Shown here one piece after another: positions 56,390 to 64,000 of a stretch of 64,000 nt of DNA. Both the position numbers and the translations under genes were made by a program. Every line of letters starts with the position of its first letter. Position 1 is the stretch's first letter. Location of the stretch: assembly GCF_009914755.1 (NCBI RefSeq), contig NC_060948.1. One strand, 5' to 3'. The DNA comes from the human T2T-CHM13v2.0 reference genome, Homo sapiens. The notes below the pieces were generated by a model. That model was given only the letters and a program-made list of their open reading frames with translations, was not told where the DNA came from and made no database searches.

Positions 56390-56504
56390 ATTGTAGGACT
56401 TTGCCTTATGAGGGTGTGAGCCAAGTCTCCCTAATTATATATTTATGAAAGGAAGTTTATTAGGGAGACTTGGCTCACACCCTCACAAGGCAAAGTTCTA
56501 CAAT
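56390..56504. repeat. Inverted repeat: 46-bp arms (44/46), 23-bp spacer
   Basis: 56390-56435 is the reverse complement of 56459-56504 except at 2 positions. Confidence 0.95.
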
Positions 56505-57264
56505 AGGCTGTCTGCAAGCTAGGGAAGAAGGCAGCCAGCAGTGGCTCAGTACAAGTCTGAAATCTTCAAAAGCAGGGAAGTTGACAGTGCAACCTTCGGT
56601 CTGTGGCCAAAGGCTTGAGAGCCACTGGCAAACCACTGTTGTAAGTCCAAGAGTCCAAAGGCCAAAGATATCGAAGACGTCTGATATCGAAGGGCAGGAG
56701 GAGTGGAAGGGATATCCAGCAATGGAGAAAGAGTCTCAGGAAGCAAGTTTATCCCATCTACCACCTGCTTTGTTTTTGCTGCCCTGGTAACAGATTGGAT
56801 GGTGGCCACCCAAATTGTGGGTGGGTCTTCCTCCCTCAGTTCACTGACTCAAATGTCAATCTCCTCTGGCAACATTCTCATAGACACACCCAGAAATAAT
56901 ACTTTATCAGCCATCTAGCCATCCTTTAATGCAATCAAGTTGACACCTAATATTAACCATTACAGAGCTTATGCCCAGGCAAAAGTGAGGCAGCATAAGA
57001 GAGAGAGAGAATTATCTGGCTGACTCCTCAGAGGGATTTGGAAAGAAAGTTTTAAAGGGGCTACAGTGGGAAAGGAGTGATATTTAGGCATATAGATGTG
57101 GGGATCTTTTAACACCTGCAGTTTGTTAGCATGCTTCTTCATGTATCGCATGTCTTATTAGCATGTTAAATCTCTAAACTTGGGTGTGATTTTTTAATTA
57201 AGGTAAGGTTAAGGATTAGTTATTTTACTGGCCTTATGCACAAGCAGGAAATAGAGTTAACTTC

Positions 57265-57822
57265 TGTTGCAGGAATCGGGAGACTGGATAGACCAATGGG
57301 TGGAACAGGAGGATTTTATTAGGTGGCCACTGACTCAGCAGATTAACATCCAAAGGCTGAGCCCCAGATAAAGACAGGGCTTGACTTTTATACACACTTC
57401 TGAAAGGGGGTTGGCTAGTTTGAATGGTGCAGCAGGAATTTGATGGCACAAAACCTGTGTGGCAGGCAAGCGGGCTTACAGAAGCAAAACAAAGGCAGTT
57501 AATTAAGTTGTGACAGGTCTCGCAACCCAAGCACAGCTTGTGACCTTGCAGCTGCACTGCAGGGAAAACAGGAACTTACAAAACTTGTAAAACACTGGTG
57601 TTTTTAGAAATAGTTATGAGAAAGGAATTTGTTATTTTCTTTTCTTATCCTCGCTCCGGGGAGGGGGTCTTGTTCAGAGTGTCTCTGGACCTCATTCCTT
57701 TGGGCTCTGGCTTTACAGATAGTGTTATCTAGGCTCTGCCAGGGCCCTGCCTATTGCTGGCCTTGGAGTGAGTCAGCCAAGCACAGGAAAACTTGTTTTT
57801 TCCCTTTTTAACTTCTGCTTCA
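57265..57822 (-). mobile_element. Solo ERV1 LTR (LTR6/LTR4/LTR30-like group)
   Basis: TG...CA, perfect TSD CTTC (57261-57264, 57823-57826); TATAAAA and AATAAA on the minus strand. Confidence 0.75.
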
Positions 57823-57922
57823 CTTCCTTGAGTAAAATTTATGGTGAGAGCTGCACATTGTAGTTTCCTCAAGGCCTTGCAATCAGTGAGTATGGCACTT
57901 TAAGCAATATTGATGACGCAAA

Positions 57923-58362
57923 TGTTCCTGGATCCATGAGGTCTGGCTGCTTGTTCTCATAGTCCAATAACGGGATGCAGACAGATTGGGAAAGAAGATT
58001 TATTTCTGCAACTGGTTACAGGGAGAAGGTCGGAGTAACTAACCAGACCAACTCACAGTTGCAATTTATTTTAGCTTATATATATAATTGAAGCTTTTTG
58101 CTTGCCTGCAGGAGTGTTTCTTAATCAATCTAATCTTAACTAGGGGTCTGCAAGTAGGAAAGTTTATTAGATTTCTTCCTGAATGGACGAGTTTAAGAAA
58201 ATCCAGGTAGGATTTTAATGAGTTTGTTTTACATTCTACCCCTTGTACTTGCATTAGTTGCTCCAGTTCTTTAATGTTTAACTTATATATTCATCAGAAT
58301 TACAGTAAAGTATTTGTAAAAACTGGCTGCTGTGTCTGCTAATGGAAATCTGGCGTGGCACA
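57923..58362 (-). mobile_element. Solo ERV1 LTR (MER65/MER87-like, uncertain)
   Basis: TG...CA, TSD CAAA/CAAG; minus-strand AATAAA near 57997. Confidence 0.65.
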
Positions 58363-58574
58363 CAAGGTCCGGGTGGTCTGGTTGGGATCCCTGCCTCCCA
58401 AAGGGCCCCCCTATCAGCTTTCAGTAGAAGTCCTTGGTGGGGCACAAGGGTGGCAAGTGCCAAGTTCCATAGCTAATCTCTCTCAATGGAAAGAATTAAC
58501 AGAAATGTTTTACTGCCCCTTGCTCTGCTATGTATGTCTGTGTACATGAGTATGCATTGGAAAGCAATATGTTT

Positions 58575-58800
58575 CAGGAAAGTAGAGTGGAAATTACAAG
58601 GTACAGATTCTATTGCTGCATCTACCAGTGTGCTATGTGATCTTGAGCAATCATTTATTCCTTCTGACTTAGTAATAAGCCGTTAGCAAAATAGCCATGA
58701 TAATTATCTTCAGTTCCTATCTGAATTATTATGACAATTAAATGTACTAACCGATATAAATATATTTGCTAATTTGTCACATTTGTTACATTATTAGTAA
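58575..58800 (+). mobile_element. MIR (highly diverged)
   Basis: GCTATGTGATCTTGAGCAATCATTTA core motif. Confidence 0.5.
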
Positions 58801-59114
58801 AATGTGTAGAGTATACACATTTTTATATTTTTTAAAGAAATAACTGGTTAAAGAAACAAAAAGTGATTAAATTGATAGCAATTTTTAGTATTTTATATTA
58901 CTTTAATGTTTATTGACAAAGGCTACTTTTATATCAAAATAATATTTTTTAATATCAAGTATAAACTAGTTTTAAGTGCAGTGTGTCTATCCAAAAAGTC
59001 ATTGCAATACACAGCATATCAAATTAAATTATTTTAAGCAATCTTCACTGAAAAATCTCTGTTTTCTCTCATCTCTCTGCCACCTTTAACTGCAAATTTG
59101 AAATACTCATTAAT

Positions 59115-59350
59115 ACAGCAAAGTGTTTAAGAGCAGGGACTCTCAAGTTTAAATCTTAGATCTGCAATTTACTAATCATGCAGCCTTTAGCAATTTTTAT
59201 ACCTTATATTTACTGCTAATTTTAAAAATGAGTATAATAATAGTATCAACCTCACTGGATTATTGTGAATATTAATTTATAAATTTTAAAGAAAGCATTT
59301 ATAATTTTGCCTAGAACATATTGATAGCTCCATAAATGTTAACTATTTTA
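59115..59350 (+). mobile_element. MIR
   Basis: GTTTAAATC..ATTTACTA..TAAAAATGAGTATAATAATAGTA..ACCTCA..ATAAATGTTAACTATT. Confidence 0.7.
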
Positions 59351-59787
59351 CCATCACACTTTACCTTGCCTAAAATTCCTTTCTATGGTCAAGTAAAACC
59401 CTTCAAAAATATTAAATTCTATTTATCCTCAATTTCCAACATTTTGCTGTTCATAATGCTTCACTGAAATGCTAAGGAACTTTCAATAGACTAGTACAAT
59501 CTTTTACACTCACAATACTTTCATCCTTTGTCATGCTCGAGAAAAAATATGTAACTCAACAGGAAAGTGGTCTAAAGATCCTAAGGTAAAGAATAAATAA
59601 AAAGCAAAGGCTGTGAGTAACTCTAGCATCTACCACTAAAAGAAGATGCTTTTAATATTTGGTCACAAGAAAAACTTGTCTTCTACAGTAATAAATTTGA
59701 ATAAGAAAGCATGATGCTATATTTACTACTGATAACCATTTTTGACCATATGAGGAACCAACCTTGGGGAAGATGGAAAGTGAATTG

Positions 59788-60003
59788 TCTCTGGAGCTGG
59801 ACTTTGTGGGTTTGATTACTATGCTGCTGTGTGACTTTGGCAGATTATATAGCTTCTCTGAACTTCAGTAGTTTTTGTTATACAATGTAAGGATAATAAT
59901 GGTAGTTACATTGCAGTGAAAAAGAACAACATGTGTAAATAAATGTAATTTAGTAAAGTGCCCAACTCGTACTAAATACTAGTTACTATTAACATTATTA
60001 TTA
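59788..60003 (+). mobile_element. MIR, flanked by MLT1J/K-like fragments (~59710-59780, ~60005-60195)
   Basis: GCTGTGTGACTTTGGCAGATTA..CTTCTCTGAACTTCAGT core; flanking assignment weaker. Confidence 0.6.
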
Positions 60004-60386
60004 GAATAAAGCCAATTCTATAGAAAGTAGTGGAGAAACAGAAAGAACCTGAGCTCTAGATGACAATATCAAATCACTGACTCAATTAAATTGAAAACTA
60101 CACACCGTCTGTACTCCTTGTCATGTGATATAGTAAATTACTTTATTCTTCAAGTTAATTGAAGTGAAGGGTTTTACAAATCACAGCTGACAGGTATGTG
60201 TGTGTATACAGATATATATCCCTTTTAAATTTAAATGAGAATGTTTAAAAATATGTTTCACATCTTTTTTATCTTTTTAACATAATAATGTATCTTTAAT
60301 TTCTTTTTGATCATTACAGCTATATTTACCCCATTCTCTTTAACAGTCACATACCATTCCATTGTATGGTAATACCAAAATGTATA

Positions 60387-60592
60387 TGTATTAGTTTTCT
60401 ATTGTGTAAAAAAATCTCAGAAATTCAGCAGCTTAAAACAACACACATTTATTGTCTTAAATTTTCTGTAGATCAGAATTTCAGATACGGATTAGTCAAT
60501 TCTTTCCCACAAGCCCTAAAAAAAAGCTAAAATCAAGGTACCAGTCAAGTCTGCGATCTCACCTGGAACTTGAGATTCTCTTCCAAGCTTGG
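60387..60592 (-). mobile_element. MLT1-type LTR fragment, paralogue of 48821-49040
   Basis: Same start, same truncation point and same flanks. Confidence 0.7.
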
Positions 60593-60894
60593 AGTTTTGT
60601 GTTTTTTTGTTAAGATGGCAGTCATTCTGGTATTTTTAAAAAAGTAACAAAAGCAGTATATAAACTATAGAAAAATCTATATACAGTTGGAAACACTTTT
60701 TGAAGTAAGAAAAGTAAAACATTATATTCCCACAACCCAGAGATCACAAATAATAATACTTTAGTGGGTATCTGCTTATCTATTGACATATATATTTCCT
60801 TTTATACATATCTATGCATTTTTAATCAAAATGTAATCACACTGTTTATATTGCTTTGTAACATGCTACAATATTTCCCCCCTCATTAACACTC

Positions 60895-61498
60895 TCTGTC
60901 TTCCCAGAGCAATAAAATGTAATCTCCTCTGGTACCCATTCTTGCTTCAAATCCTTAGTCCACTCAAAAATGAACCTCCATATGTGTTTAGCTATTTGGA
61001 AGCTCTCCATACCTCATTCTTTTAGGCCTTTATGGGGACTTCATTGGAAAGGCATGATTAAAGCATAAACAACTGTGTAGAAATGTGATTGGACAAAAAG
61101 GGTATAATCTAATACTAACAGGCTGAGTGGGAAGAAGTCACAATATCTGTCTATTCTGATTCCTCTTGTCCTCTCTGTGCATCGTTTTTTCATCTAGGGT
61201 TTGGGACAAGACCTCTTCTGAAATGAGAGTCATATGACTTACAATTAGACAAGGTGGGCTGGAGAATTTCTTTATGCCCACCTCCAAGACAGAAAGGCAG
61301 AGGAAAATTTCTGCCTTGGGAAGAAAAAGTAGCAGATGAAAAAAGGGCAGGATAAGAACAAAAAGAAAGAGATTCTGTTTTCTGAGGCCTGCTTGTGAGG
61401 GCTAAAGCAATACAACAATTATAGCAGGGGCTATGGGAGGGGAGTTATGAGCTACAAACCATGGATTAAAACAAATATACATATGTAATAATATCACA
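60895..61498 (-). mobile_element. MER68/MER77-like LTR (partial)
   Basis: Minus-strand start TGTGATATTATTAC..CTCATAACTCC..CAGGCCTCAGAAAACAGAATCTC. Confidence 0.65.
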
Positions 61499-61499
61499 G

Positions 61500-63830
<2,331 letters not shown>

Positions 63831-63832
63831 TG

Positions 63833-64000
63833 TTTTATTGGTAGTGAAACCGTACGGGTCTGCAGCAACCTCAATTCTTGCCTCCTCAGAAGAAAGAATT
63901 CAACTGAGAGGCATAAGTCAGAAGGAGAGACTGAGGCAAGTTTTAGAGCAGGAGTGAAAGTTTAATAAAAAGTTCTAGAGAAGGAAAAAAAGGAAGCAAA
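63833..64000 (-). mobile_element. Third MER50 LTR (3' end), runs off the window
   Basis: GGGTCTGCAGCAACCTCAATTCTTGCCTCCTCAGAAGAAAGAATTCAACTGAG is homologous to 34990-35140 and 15825-15970. Confidence 0.85.

Larger units (their letters stand above)
52459..56964 (-). mobile_element. MLT2B-type ERV-L LTR containing a ~3.9 kb AT expansion
   Basis: TGTATTAGTCAGGGTTTTCCAGAGGGA...TATTAACCATTACA with perfect 5-bp TSD GAGCT (52454-52458, 56965-56969). Confidence 0.9.
52369..58485 (-). mobile_element. Solo LTR (~600 bp reassembled; subfamily not recognised) split by three inserts
   Basis: TG...CA with perfect TSD ATGG (52365-52368, 58486-58489); pieces 52369-52458, 56970-57264, 57827-57922, 58367-58485. 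Confidence 0.75.

Noticed and set aside
56658-56690. GATATCGAAG repeated around GACGTC, resembling an engineered restriction-site cluster
   Set aside because: Lies inside collinear MLT2 sequence and is best explained as a small local duplication; no vector features.

Overview
Primate (very likely human) AT-rich genomic DNA made almost entirely of transposable-element remnants. I find no supportable host protein-coding exon, RNA gene, CpG island or CRISPR-like array, and no new enzymatic system. Subfamily names come from my recall of consensus sequences, not from a search. The notable content is structural. (1) A ~19.9 kb five-level nest defined by target-site duplications (TSDs): L1PB 3' end > MER50 provirus > MER4A1 provirus inside the MER50 3' LTR > full-length L1PA7-like > AluSc-like. 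(2) A ~0.6 kb solo LTR split by three later LTRs; one of them, an MLT2B-type LTR, has its internal (TA)n tract expanded to ~3.9 kb and ending in a 46-bp fold-back inverted duplication. (3) Two local duplications: 216 bp copied into a TA tract, and an older ~0.4 kb block repeated 11.6 kb away. (4) An L1PA7-like element with an ORF0-like antisense ORF and a 390-aa endonuclease ORF kept open by compensating frameshifts. (5) A minus-strand bias of old L1s and LTRs that may point to an unseen plus-strand transcription unit.
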